Part shown: positions 37,667 to 49,474 of the stretch, one piece after another
Position numbering within the stretch: position 1 is the first letter of the stretch
How the letters are laid out: each line of letters begins with the position of its first letter
Assembly: GCA_002104945.1 (NCBI GenBank)
Contig: MCFH01000069.1
Coordinates: 124,001 to 188,000 of the forward strand
Source of the DNA: Piromyces finnis finn
Taxonomy: Eukaryota > Fungi > Neocallimastigomycota
Direction: 5' to 3'
DNA: 64,000 bases
Notes under the pieces: model-generated
Database searches by the model: none
Told to the model about the DNA's origin: nothing
What the model saw: only the letters and a program-made list of their open reading frames with translations
Made by a program: the position numbers and the translations under genes

Positions 37667-39207
37667 ATTACTAAAATATATGTAAGATGTAGATTGAAAA
37701 TGAACAAATTTAAAAATATATAAATATACAAAAAATAGAGAGAGAAAAAATAAAGAAAAAAAAAAAGTAACAAAAATTTTAAAAATGTAATATTAATATA
37801 TAAAGAAAAATATAATAAATATATATTTTTTTTTTTTTTTAATTTTTATTTATACATTTCTTATAAAAATTACTGATTTTTATTATTAAATGGGATTTAA
37901 AAATTAAGATATGTGAAATTTATTTTGGTAATAATTTTTTTATTATTATTTTCAATTAATTTTTTTATATATGTAATATTTACTACTAAAAGGCAAGATA
38001 CATATTGTGTATATATTCCTTAGTTGTTTTTTAATATTTTCTGAATATGTAGTTGCTAACGTGTAGTTGAAGCATTTTAAATTATTTTTTTTTTTTTTTT
38101 CTTGATTAGAATACTTGTATTTCTTCAAGTTTTTAATATTTTTTAGTTAAAAAAAAAAAACATAATTGTATTATTATTTTATTTTAAAGTGCAAAATTGT
38201 AATTACATAAATAATTTACAGTTATTTTATAGCCATCACTAAATATACTAGAAGTAACATATAATGATAATGCATACTTTTTTTTATTTGAAAGACAACT
38301 AAAATTACCATATATATTAATATTTGAATATATTATTATAATTATAGCTATAATAAATTGTATTCATAAATTCATATATTTATAAAAATATTAGGCAGTA
38401 TTTATATTATAAATATTTTATCTGACTATGTTTTATCTTTCCCTCTTGGGAACGTGCCTTCATTTATTTAATAAATGTAGTTTCTCAAGGGGGTCTACTC
38501 ATGCTCATGGTACTGAGAGAGTAGAAAGAATTAAATCCAAGTATTGCGCAATGGATGCTTGGTTAGTCTTAAGGGAAAATTATTAGGACTAAGCTCATGA
38601 TACTGAGCGATTAAAAAACATTTTATTCATCGAATTTAAGTATTTGATGAATAAGTTGAATGTTTGATATTCAGGTAAGTTTGTATAGTATTTAATTAGA
38701 AGAGTAATACATTTTGTTGCTGTATTTTTTCTTTTATTCATGTATTCTTGTAGTACTACTCTTCTCTTGTAAGAATCCAATGTAGTCAACTTTAGCATTT
38801 GCATTGTATTTTTATATTCATGTAGCTATTGTTGTATTGTTCTTGTAAGAGACTGATTCACTCTACATCATGTAAAAATACTATTCACAAGCTTTCTGGT
38901 GTCGATATTCTTGATTCAAATTTTTACCAATTTAAATATTTAATGAAAAGTAAAGTCAAACAAGTTTAGTGTCAAAAAGCGAATCGAATTTACTAACAAC
39001 AAACCAAAACTAGAATTTTTAAAGAAAATTTACAACTAGAATTCAAAAAAGAAACTTTAAACAAAGCATCGTAACAATTTTTGTACTATCCAGCCAGTAC
39101 TTTTAAGAAGAGAGAGAGAGACAGATTTTTTTCCATATACGTTATATTTATAATTTTTATTAGTATTTATTTTATATTCAATATTTTTTTAATTAGAATT
39201 TATTATC

Positions 39208-39660
39208 ATGTCAGTCCTTTATATTAAAGATAAGAATTATATCAGACGTGGTACCCGGTCTTATGGTATCCCCTTAGATGATATTCGCTCCTTCTTTATC
39301 CGTGGTATTCGATCATGGTCAGTAAATATGCTATGGGAAAAACTCGAGGTTATTCTAGAAGATAAATTTAATTCAGTTATTAGTGTTAAATATTTTCAAA
39401 CTTTCAATAATCACTTTTTCTTAGTCAAGGTTCATGGTTCATCGAAAGATTGTATTAAAATCTTACACATGTTAAAGAAGAAACTTTCAGTTACCTCAAT
39501 TTCCTTTTCAGCTCGTAGTAGAAGGAATCACAAATACACTTTTTCCACTCTCAAACGTAAAATTTTAGTTTCTAATAAACATCAACATTCTATTCAACAA
39601 TCATTTCAACAATCAGTTCAACAATCTCATCAACAATCCGATCTTCAACAAGATCTTTAA
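39208..39660 (+). CDS. LINE ORF1 (possible RRM-like domain plus Gln-rich tail)
   Basis: 150 aa; FFIRGI and HFFLVKV resemble RNP2/RNP1 (inference); in frame with ORF2. Confidence 0.7.
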   Translation: MSVLYIKDKNYIRRGTRSYGIPLDDIRSFFIRGIRSWSVNMLWEKLEVILEDKFNSVISVKYFQTFNNHFFLVKVHGSSKDCIKILHMLKKKLSVTSISFSARSRRNHKYTFSTLKRKILVSNKHQHSIQQSFQQSVQQSHQQSDLQQDL

Positions 39661-42600
39661 CAAGATCTTCAACAAGTTTCCCATCATGAAAATATTCCAG
39701 ATCTACAGCAAACACAATTTCAATCTCAACATTCAACAATTAATTCTATTAGTTCTATCAACTCAAATAACAGTTCAATAGTTGATAGTTCTTCAGCTTC
39801 ACAGCCATCTAGTAATAGTTCTACTTATTCCTCTGATGCATCATCCATTAGTAACGATGACTTTAATAATAATAATAATAGCAACGATTCTTCCTCATCC
39901 AACAAGCCTGATAACTTTTCTTTTTGTCTTAGTTGGAACACCAATGGGTGGAATCACGAAAAGAGAGATAGTATTAGCTATTTCACAGCTATTTTCAAAC
40001 CATTATTTTTATGTTTCCAAGAAACTGGTAATGGTTCTGGTTCGAATACAGATTATCCTTGTCGTGTTACTTTGCGAAACTATAGACACTTTTTCAAGAA
40101 AGCTGATGAATCAGTTCCTGGAATGAGAGGTTTATATTTAGGTTTTCACAATTCGTGTCAAGCCTCACTTGAAAACTTCTCTGGAAAGTATATTATTTCT
40201 ATTTATACTTTTAGTCTTTGGAATAGATTCAAATGCTCGATTGGAAATGTTTATATGCCTCATAGTCATCACAACATCTATGTTGATCATGCAAAGTTAG
40301 AAGTTCGCTTGTGGTTACAAACTCATTCATCCCATCCATCGATTCTTGTTGGTGATTTTAATATGTCTAAAGTAAAATTATCCAACTGGTTATCAACAAA
40401 TGGATTAGGAGATTGGGAAATTCTTCCGCTTAGAGGGTCTACTATCTCTTGGACTCGAGGTGATCAATCTTCCGACATTGACCATGCTCTTATCAATTCG
40501 AAGATGAAAGATCTTATTCACTCAGCATCATTTATAAATAATTTTTATCCAGTATCAGACCATAAGCCACTTCTTATTAATGGTAAAATTATTCCTATGG
40601 AAGATTTTTCTAATGACCTTAATGTTCCTAAGAAAATTCTGAAATGGAATAGATTAAAATGTATTGAGGAAAAGGAATCTATTCTCAGTCATAATAAATT
40701 CCAAATACTTTCAGCAAAATTCAACGATCCTAATGTTTCAACAGATGAACTTTCCAAAGAGTTTACTTCAACTGCTTTTTCAATTGCAGACGAGCTCAGT
40801 ATTACCTCAGCAAATAATGTTATAAAGTCTTCATTTCATATTTCACAACAAATTTTTAATCTTCAAAAAATCAAAATGAAGTTGTATAAGAGATTTAAAA
40901 AAGAAAGAATTTATGATATAGATGAATTTATTAAACGAATTAAAATCTACTATAAGCTCATTGATTACATCCACAAAAGATGTAATGAATTTAGGAAGCA
41001 AGAATATCTTCATTGGATTAAAACAGGATGTGAGTATATGAAGAGTCATAATCCTAAGAAGGCCTGGAAATGGATCAAGAAAACTGCAAAAATTGGAAAA
41101 GATTCTTTCTTTATTGCTCAACCAATTAAAAATAAAAATGGAGAATTAGTTGTTGCTACGGAAGAACAACTAGAAGTGTGGCATGATCATTTCGAAAAGC
41201 TTGCATCAGATCCAAGTGGTGTAAGTCTTGATTTGGAGCATTGGTATGAAGAACCAATGATTAAACGTTTTTCACTTCCTATGCTTGATGAGTGGGATAT
41301 CAACCAAGATATTAGTATTGATGAAGTCAAGTCAGCTATCCTCTCTACTCCAAATTATAAAGCATCAGGTCCGGATGGTATTCCAATTGAATTTTACAAA
41401 GCATTAATTCCATCAAGTAATGATTCTAATAATGTTACAGATAATATTTCTTCTGGTAATACCACTTCAGATAATGATGCTCATGGTTTAAATTTTATTC
41501 TTAAATTATTCAACCGTATTTGGGATGAAGACTTCCCCAACTCATGGAATGAATCCAGTATTGTTTCTATTCCTAAGAAGGGAGATTTGACAGATTGTGA
41601 TAACTATCGAGGTATATCACTTATCAATAATGGTATTAAGTTGATTTCCAAAATTGTCACCACTAGAATTTCAGAATATGGTCTAAAGAATAATTTCATT
41701 AGACCTGAACAATTTGGTTTTCGAAAAAAGGAAGAAAGTATCAGTCTTTTCATTTCAATCCAAGAAATATGCCGTAGACGTCAATTAGATAATAAAGAGA
41801 CATATTTGGCCTTTTTAGATCTCAGGAAAGCATACGATTCTGTCCCAATCGGTAATATTCTCCATAAATTAGATTGTTTAGGAATCCGAGGTAAGAGTTT
41901 ACAATTCATCAAAAATTTATATTTAACATCTAAGGCTAATGTCAAATTAGATGGACAATTCTCGAAATCTTTTGATGTGAAGAAAGGAGTCCGTCAAGGT
42001 TGCCCTCTTTCTCCTATTCTCTTTAATCTCTTTATTAATGATATATTTAGAGAGTGCGAAGATCTTGGAGTCAGTTTAGGTGACACTCGATGCTGTGGTG
42101 GACTTTTTGCAGATAATATAGTTATTTGTGCTCCAACAAGAGGATGCTTAAAAAAGATGCTTAGAAGAGTTAATGAATGGGCCTTGTATAATGAAATGGA
42201 ATTTGGTATCCGGAAATGTTCAACGATGGTGATTCGTCCTGAATCAATAGAAAATCAGAACAAGAGAGATCCAACATTTTACTTAGCAGGACAACCCATT
42301 CCAACTACTGATTGTTATACTTATCTTGGTGTTCCATTTGATAAGAATCTGTCCCTTAAACCAGTTATTAAAGCTCTTAATAACAAGGTTTTGAAAGGAC
42401 TTTTTTCAGTCAGTAAATTCTTAAGAAATCCTAATATTCCTATTCCCTTCAAAAAGCTAGTACTTAACTCACAAGTGATTAGCAGAGTTTCATACTTTGC
42501 ACCATTACTTGGATCCAACAAAGCTAGGTCTAGGATTGCTCAGAAGCATGTTAACAAAGGAATACGATGGGTTGCCGGAGTTCATAAAGCTGTATCGTTT

Positions 42601-43728
42601 ATATCTTTATACTCTATTTCAAAAGATTTGAATATTCCTCCATTGTCAGCCAAATGTGCGTTAGCTCAGATTAGATGTTTTAACAAATGGAAAAACTCAA
42701 ATTGTATTATCTCACATCTTGTCAATTACATTCCTAAATTTAGAAAATACACGTGGTGCAAATCAAGTAGGACACTTGATAAAAAACTAAAGAAACATGG
42801 AGATGTTAGAGCAGTTAAAAACTTTTATTGGAAAGATCTCAAAGGGAATTCAATCAAAGCGCAATATTATGATGATAATAAATTTATTGAAACTAAAGAT
42901 TTTATCAAATTATGTTATGAATACCCAGAGTTTGCCTATGGCTTCTACTGGCTATTGAAAGCAAGAAGCGGATACAAGTTGGATGCTAGAGTTGCCAAAG
43001 CTGCTAAATTTGTTGATCCAGTTTGTCCTAACTACTGTCCATGTTGCAAGTGTGGAGATCAAAGTATTAAACATTGGTTATTAGATTGTCCAACATTTAG
43101 AGATATCCGTATTAAACATTATGATTCTATAGTCCAGCTATTAAATTTTTTCAGTCAACGTAATTCCAACAGTCCCATCAATAATAATGAAAATGTTAAT
43201 ATCAGTAGAGATAGCAATAACAATAATAGTAATAGTAACAATAGTACTAATAATATTAACAATAGTAATAGTAACAATAGTAATAATAACAATAGTAGTT
43301 ATAGAAATAATAATACTAGTAATGATAGCAATAGTGAAGATAATAATTCTAATTTAGATAGTAATTTAGTTAATGATAGTAATAGTTCTAATAATCCGGT
43401 GAATATTAATGTGTATGATTATTCTAGTGTGTGCAGTAAAATATTTAAATTCCTTCTTGGGGGAAGAAGTTTTAACAATATTAATTACAATTCAAGGGAA
43501 TGGAAAGAAGTTTGTAAGCGTCAGATTCAATCTGGTACTAATGAAGGAACACCATTCTTGACGGTAACCGCGGAACTTCTAACCAAAATCATGCCTTTTG
43601 CTATTGGCCAGCAATGGTCAATGTTCAAAAGGTTTGAAGCAACATCCAAGAGCGTCAATGCTGAAGAAACAGTAAGACAGGCCAGGAGGGCCAGCGCAAC
43701 CAATGGAGATCATAATTTTGTTCCATGA
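39661..43728 (+). CDS. LINE ORF2: APE endonuclease, reverse transcriptase, C-terminal CCHC
   Basis: The frame is open from 39661. SWNTNG (39931), FQET (~40018), LVGDFN, SDIDH, SDHKPL; KASGPDG, PKKGD, YRGISL, QFGFR, FLDLRKAYDSV, GVRQGCPLSPILFNLF, LFADN; CPCCKCGDQSIKHWLLDCP. Confidence 0.95.
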   Translation, partial: QDLQQVSHHENIPDLQQTQFQSQHSTINSISSINSNNSSIVDSSSASQPSSNSSTYSSDASSISNDDFNNNNNSNDSSSSNKPDNFSFCLSWNTNGWNHEKRDSISYFTAIFKPLFLCFQETGNGSGSNTDYPCRVTLRNYRHFFKKADESVPGMRGLYLGFHNSCQASLENFSGKYIISIYTFSLWNRFKCSIGNVYMPHSHHNIYVDHAKLEVRLWLQTHSSHPSILVGDFNMSKVKLSNWLSTNGLGDWEILPLRGSTISWTRGDQSSDIDHALINSKMKDLIHSASFINNFYPVSDHKPLLINGKIIPMEDFSNDLNVPKKILKWNRLKCIEEKESILSHNKFQILSAKFNDPNVSTDELSKEFTSTAFSIADELSITSANNVIKSSFHISQQIFNLQKIKMKLYKRFKKERIYDIDEFIKRIKIYYKLIDYIHKRCNEFRKQEYLHWIKTGCEYMKSHNPKKAWKWIKKTAKIGKDSFFIAQPIKNKNGELVVATEEQLEVWHDHFEKLASDPSGVSLDLEHWYEEPMIKRFSLPMLDEWDINQDISIDEVKSAILSTPNYKASGPDGIPIEFYKALIPSSNDSNNVTDNISSGNTTSDNDAHGLNFILKLFNRIWDEDFPNSWNESSIVSIPKKGDLTDCDNYRGISLINNGIKLISKIVTTRISEYGLKNNFIRPEQFGFRKKEESISLFISIQEICRRRQLDNKETYLAFLDLRKAYDSVPIGNILHKLDCLGIRGKSLQFIKNLYLTSKANVKLDGQFSKSFDVKKGVRQGCPLSPILFNLFINDIFRECEDLGVSLGDTRCCGGLFADNIVICAPTRGCLKKMLRRVNEWALYNEMEFGIRKCSTMVIRPESIENQNKRDPTFYLAGQPIPTTDCYTYLGVPFDKNLSLKPVIKALNNKVLKGLFSVSKFLRNPNIPIPFKKLVLNSQVISRVSYFAPLLGSNKARSRIAQKHVNKGIRWVAGVHKAVSFISLYSISKDLNIPPLSAKCALAQIRCFNKWKNSNCIISHLVNYIPKFRKYTWCKSSRTLDKKLKKHGDVRAVKNFYWKDLKGNSIKAQYYDDNKFIETKDFIKLCYEYPEFAYGFYWLLKARSGYKLDARVAKAAKFVDPVCPNYCPCCKCGDQSIKHWLLDCPTFRDIRIKHYDSIVQLLNFFSQRNSNSPINNNENVNISRDSNNNNSNSNNSTNNINNSNSNNSNNNNSSYRNNNTSNDSNSEDNNSNLDSNLVNDSNSSNNPVNINVYDYSSVCSKIFKFLLGGRSFNNINYNSREWKEVCKRQIQSGTNEGTPFLTVTAELLTKIMPFAIGQQWSMFKRFEATSKSVNAEETVRQARRASATNGDHNFVP

Positions 43729-43965
43729 TAAAATTTTGATCTTTGGCTCGGTGTCCCATTGGAAGTCAAATACAATTATTATACTTTAGTATGATAGTGG
43801 CTTTCTTACTTTAATTAAAATTACTAGAATACATTATACCCAATTTTTATTAATTTGTGTTTAATTAAACATATTTTTTTTTATTTTTATTTTTATTTTT
43901 AATTTTTTATTACATGTATTATAATTTTAATTAAATTAATAATAAAGTTTAAAATATTTGATGCC

Positions 43966-44003
<38 letters not shown>

Positions 44004-44125
44004 TTTTATCTTTAAGGTAATCTTTTAAAATTAAATGAATTAATAAAAAAAAAAGATATTAAATCATATTATTTAATATTGGTTAATATCTTTTAATTAG
44101 CCTATCATGTATTTAATTAAAACTA

Positions 44126-44412
44126 TTATAAAAATATCAAATTGTTCGTGGCATCCAGTATAAAAGATTTATCTTGATACTAGTTTACCTTTTTTTTTTT
44201 AATCAATTATTTTTATATATTAACTAAAAAAAATACTAATAGAAAAAAGGAGAGTTGACTTCTAGGAGCATCTTAGGGTTAGGGATTACCATTTTCCTAA
44301 AGAATTTTTTTGTACATTTTATATTTTATTTTTAAATATTAAAAAAAAATATATAGATATATATATGTATATATATTAATTTGATACCACGAACATTTTA
44401 ATATTTTTATAA
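44126..44412. mobile_element. MITE-like element candidate (30-bp inverted repeats)
   Basis: 44126-44155 versus the reverse complement of 44383-44412: 27/30 identical; non-coding interior. TSD not resolved. Confidence 0.45.
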
Positions 44413-46339
44413 CATATATTATATAATATTATTTATTATATCTAAATAACTTGAACCTACCATATAAAGTCTTGTAAATTTATTACATGATTTATTATAA
44501 GAAACTTATCTTTAATAAAAAAAAAAAAATAGCATTAATTAAATAAAAATTTATAGTAAAAAAATAATAAAAACAATATTTATTATTATATATTTTTCAA
44601 TACAGAAATCATATAACCTAATATTTAAAATATTATCATTACTTTAATAATTATCATTCTGAAACATATAATTTTAATTATGGGTTAATGAAATAAGATA
44701 AAAATAAAGATATTAAGAATTCGAATAATTGTATAATTATTAAATGTTAATAGTATTGAAAATAAAATTACATTTTCTAAAAGAGATACGTATGACTGTA
44801 TCATTTATAAAATATTACCATATTTAAATATTTGAGTGATAACATATTGATTAAATTTACATCTTTGTAATGGTTTTACCTATCCAATAACCATAAAATT
44901 GCAATTCTTATTTAAAGAAATATAAAAATAATTTATATCCCTTCACATATATTAATAAAAGTAGAAATATTTTATTATATTTTTCTTTAAATTTATTCAT
45001 CATAATAGTTAATAGATCATGCTTTATAAATTGTTAAGAAAATATTTAAAAAATAATGAAAATAGCGTTTAAGAAAAATGATAATTTAAATGTAAAATAT
45101 AAAAAAATAGTATCTAATAATACTAAATTTTTTGATATAATTGTAAAATATATTTAAAATTTATGATTTATTAAAATTTCTTAATAAAACATAAAGTGAA
45201 TTTATCTCCACTTTACTTTATTAATTTTATTTTTATAAATTTAATTTATTTTAAAAAAGAAATGAATAATATAGCGGATTTATTTCTGCAGTTGATGTTA
45301 GTCTCATTTTAAATATTTAAAGTCAAAAAAAAAATATTTAAATATTATAGAAAATAAAAATATACTTTAACTTTTGTTATATTATTTAGACTTTTTATGT
45401 TATAAATTAATAATTTAATATATATTTTATATAAATTAAATATAAAAAAGTATAAAGAATAAATATTGTAATTATTAAAAAAAGAAATTTTATGAAAAAA
45501 AATATATTTTAATAAAAAATAATTATAATTTTTGACATTTTATTAATTTAATGAAATGAAAAACTTTTTTTTTTTTCTAATTCTTTATAATATAGTTTCA
45601 GTTAAAATATATATATATATGTATAATCCAGATAATGAATCTTTTTATAAAATGATAATTGACTATTTTGATTTATACACAATATAATAAATCCTAAGAA
45701 TAATAATATTACTTTCTAGCTTCTATCATTTATTTTCAAACTTTAAATTTTTGTAAAAAAATCTTTTCGTAATTCTTACTTCTATTTTATAACTATGGTA
45801 TTGTGAAATTTGTTGTTTCTTTCAATTTTTGAAATTCAGACAACTTTAATTTTTCTTTATATAATTCTCTTTTATATAATCATTCTGAGGATAAAGTATT
45901 ACTATAATACAATAATCATTACATAGGTTTATTATAAATAAAATAATAATAAATTAAATAGTATTTAATTATTACTTTATATTTATTCGAAGTATTAATA
46001 AAAAAAATTAAAAAGTATTTTTTTTATATTTAATATTAATTTTTTTTCAGTAATATTAAAAAAAATGCAAGTAAAAAAATATCACATTATTTAAATTAAA
46101 TAGATATTAATTTATAAATAAAAATTTATAATAAAAAATTATAATTTATATTAAAATTGAAATGTTATATATAGTTATTTTTACATAGTTAATTGATATA
46201 TAGTTGTTGTCGTAAAAAACAATTAAAAAAATAAGTGAATATTCTTTTAAAAAATGTAGAAGAAAAGACATTAAAATAATAACTTCTTCATTTGATCAAC
46301 CTTCAGAATTTGTTGAAATACGCAGAAATATAGAAATTG

Positions 46340-46663
46340 TTGCTAATATAGAAATATAGAACTAAAGGATATAATAGTATTGTTAAATATAGTATTGCCT
46401 TTTATAAAAGAACTTGTGAAATCAAAATGAAAATAAATAAAGGAGAAATACAAAGCTCATCAAAACCTATTAATGATGGTAACAATAATAGAAAAAGAAG
46501 AAAAAGAAAAACGACAGCAACAATAGGAACAAGAACAACAACAGAGGCACAACAAGAAGCAAAAAAGAAAACAAAAACAACAAAAGCAACAGGAACAAAA
46601 GCAACAAGAGGCACAACAACAAAAACAACAAGAAGTACCAAAACAGGAAAAGGGAAAATATAA
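46340..46663 (+). pseudogene. C-terminal relic of a second PD-(D/E)XK/DUF1703-type gene
   Basis: RTKGYNSIVKYSIAFYKRTCEIKMKINKG runs in frame into ORF 46427 and resembles the usual G-Y-x2-I-x-K-Y-G-I-A-F C-terminus; followed by a K/T-rich tail. Confidence 0.5.
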
Positions 46664-48248
46664 AGAATGAGAATAGGATAATAAAATAAAATAGTTTTCT
46701 TGTTTGATTTATAAATTCATTATATAATGAATTTATTATATATTTATTTATACTTATCATTGTTTTAATTATTTAATTGGATGATAACTGAATAAAGCGT
46801 ATAAATACATAAATTGAATTTCATATCATTAAAATTTCAGTATAACAATGGAATATTGGGTATGTATAAACAAATAGTTAACATTTTTTCATTGAATAGT
46901 TGGAATATGGAAAGTTAGAATACAATAAAAAAAGCGTTGGGATATGAAAATTAATGGAATGGGATTAAAAATGGAAAATAAAGAAAAAATATGAAATTTT
47001 ACCAATATTTTATTAACCCATTCATTATTTGTCTAGATTTTTGGCGATTTTAGCTAGATTTATTAGCCAGAAGAAATTCGACCTCTACCAGATTTTTAGC
47101 CAGGAAATTCTCCCAAAAAATGGAATTTTTTGGCCAAAATCAATAATTCATTTTAAATTAATAATCAATTTTGTCTTCTGGTTGAATTTTACTTCTATAC
47201 TCACTCATCATCTAATAATTGATTTAATACTTTTATTATTTATAAAATTAAAAAAGTAATAAAATAAATATTTTATATGTAATAAAAAATAATAATGAGA
47301 ATATTTATATATTTGAAAAAAAGTATAAAAGATGAAAGTATTTCTCAAATTTAAAAATCTTCAAACTGTTATCAAATGCAAAAAAAAAAATATATATATA
47401 AAGGTATTAAGATTGCTTACAAAAGATTTTTAAAAATAATATATAATATTATTTTATTTAATAAATATTTAATACTAATACCAACAAAGCTTATTTATCT
47501 TTATCAGTTATTCCTATCCCTGATAACATTTTTATGCTAACCATTCTTTTAATATTGAATTTTCAGTCTTTAGTTCAACAAAAACATCAATAACAGGAAT
47601 ATTAATAAATGTAAAGGCTTCAATATTTTAAACACATATTTAAACCTATACTTATATGTCTTCAAGAAATTGGTAATAGCTCTTATTTAAATTCATTATC
47701 TTCCTTTTTCTTTTTTTTCTCAGTATCCATTCTTTGGTTAATAAAAATCAGTTCTTTGTTATACTGATAGAAAAATTCTAGATATGAGAGGTGATCAAAT
47801 TTTTACTAATAAATAAATAATAATAATATTTAGAAATAAAATTTTTTTCAATAATATCTAAAAGTATTAAAAAAGTCATTACTCATATTAATTTATACAT
47901 AATACTATTTAGATTTATTTAGTATTAAAATTATGATATATATTAATTAGAAATTATATTAACATCTTTATGCTTGTGAATTATCTGATTCAAAATAAAT
48001 TACATATTTTTTATGGTTAAATACAACATTTATATTTTTATATTTATATACTTTTTTTTTAGCATTACTGATAACTTATTTAAAAAAAGAAAAATAAGAA
48101 CTTGTTTATAAAAACTTGTTTAGTTACTTATTTACTTATTTATTTATTAAATTATATAAATTGTATTAAAAAGAATAATTTATTTTATTATTGTTTTTTT
48201 TAATTAAGAATACCATATTATAATAGAATATGCTTATTTTTGTTGTAA

Positions 48249-49474
48249 TTAATTTATTAAGGTAACATTATAAGTTGGATTTTTAATAAAATTTTCTTCT
48301 TTTGTTGGTATTGGGGCGTCGATTACATATTCTGATAATCCATCTATGGAGGCTTGCTTGATGTCTCTAGTAAAAAGATAAGCAACATATTTACTACCCC
48401 AAAGATTAAGATGGGTATTATCTACAGAGGATGAATCATTTATTTTCCAAGCATGTAGATAGAGAGTATTATTATAACCAAAAGTATCGTATAATTCTTT
48501 TGTTTTTACAGTCATATCGATCACAGGAATATTTAGAGTTTTACCCAAGTCTCTAATAGCTTGAGGATAATCCCCTCCTTCATAACCATCTTTTGTTTTT
48601 GTTATATGTAATTTATCGGAACTCCATGTACTTTTATCTGTTCTACGAACAATTGGGGTTGTAAGAATGATAGAGACATTTCTTTCCATAGCTATTTTAA
48701 TATAATTTTCGTATATAGAATTAGCAAAGGAACCCATTGTTTTATAATCTCCATTTGGGTTGGTATAGCGTTCTTCTTCTCTTTTTTCATCATTATGACC
48801 AAATCCAAATGTTAAATAATCCCCTGCCTTCATATTTTTTATTAATTCGTGATATGATTGTTCGAGGATAAAACTTTTTGAACTAGTTCCTGAAATAGCT
48901 AAATTTTTAACGATGATATTTTTATCAAAATAATGGTAAAGTTGTGTTCCATAGCCATATTTTTTATAATAATAATTATTATAGATTTCTTCAAATTCAC
49001 AAAGAGTAGAATCCCCAATAACCCATAATACAGATGGATTTATTGATTCATCATCAGAATCTTTATTTTCTATTGATACTTCATTTGTATTTATTTCAAT
49101 AGCGTCATTGTCATCATCGGATTCTTCATTATCCCTAATAATATCGTTTGACACTTTCATACATTCAGAATACCAATGATCAATTTTTTGGCATTCATAT
49201 CCTATATCACAACAAGTTAAACCTTTCCAATTTTCACTTTTTTTTTTTTGGATATTATTATAGAAATATATATGTATAAAATATATACATACACACACAT
49301 ACATATGATAAAATATATATAAATTAATCATTATAATTAATTATAGTCATTTAGACTTATTTATGTAAACCATTATTATTTTTACCCTCCACATTGATAA
49401 TGAGGTGGATTACAATTTTTACAATAGGAAGTAATGGATTGGAATAAAGCAATAGTAAATACTATATACTTCAT
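48249..49474 (-). CDS. Secreted CBM1 plus SGNH rhamnogalacturonan acetylesterase-like (CE12) enzyme
   Basis: Exon 1 49474-49386, intron 49385-49237, exon 2 49236-48249 (358 aa). CBM1 YQCGGENWKGLTCCDIGYECQKIDHWYSEC. SGNH blocks IGDST, NLAISGTSS, FGHND and DNTH. Confidence 0.92.

Larger units (their letters stand above)
38441..44000 (+). mobile_element. Full-length non-LTR retrotransposon (APE-RT-CCHC LINE), copy 1
   Basis: 5' end CCCTCTTGGG, 3' end GATGCCGTT-(A)n (43969-44001); both ends match copy 2. 13-bp TSD ATGTTTTATCTTT at 38428-38440 and 44001-44013. Confidence 0.97.

Noticed and set aside
38595-38804. 69-aa antisense ORF conserved in both LINE 5' UTRs (also 54096-54305)
   Set aside because: Conservation is expected from near-identical copies; no motif.
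28096-39660. Alternative genetic code (stop reassignment) to explain the in-frame stops
   Set aside because: The stops are of mixed types and co-occur with other lesions. Intact genes here have no internal stops and end normally in TAA or TAG.
39782-40126. 114-aa overlapping ORF in both LINE copies
   Set aside because: Off-frame read of the Ser/Asn linker and APE start; the APE motifs are in the ORF1 frame.
4373-42117. RIP-like CpA>TpA mutation (HELTH>YELTH, CAG>TAG, TGG>TAG, GAT>AAT)
   Set aside because: Several lesions fit, but the differences I compared in the LINE 5' UTRs include many transversions, and CpA is common by composition. A full substitution spectrum between the copies would be needed.
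46402-46760. Hydrophobic minus-strand ORFs 46402-46641 and 46470-46760
   Set aside because: Antisense to an A-rich low-complexity tract.
47480-47830. Possible minus-strand coding relic (EAFTFINIPVIDVFVELKTENSILKEWL)
   Set aside because: Too short and broken to assign.
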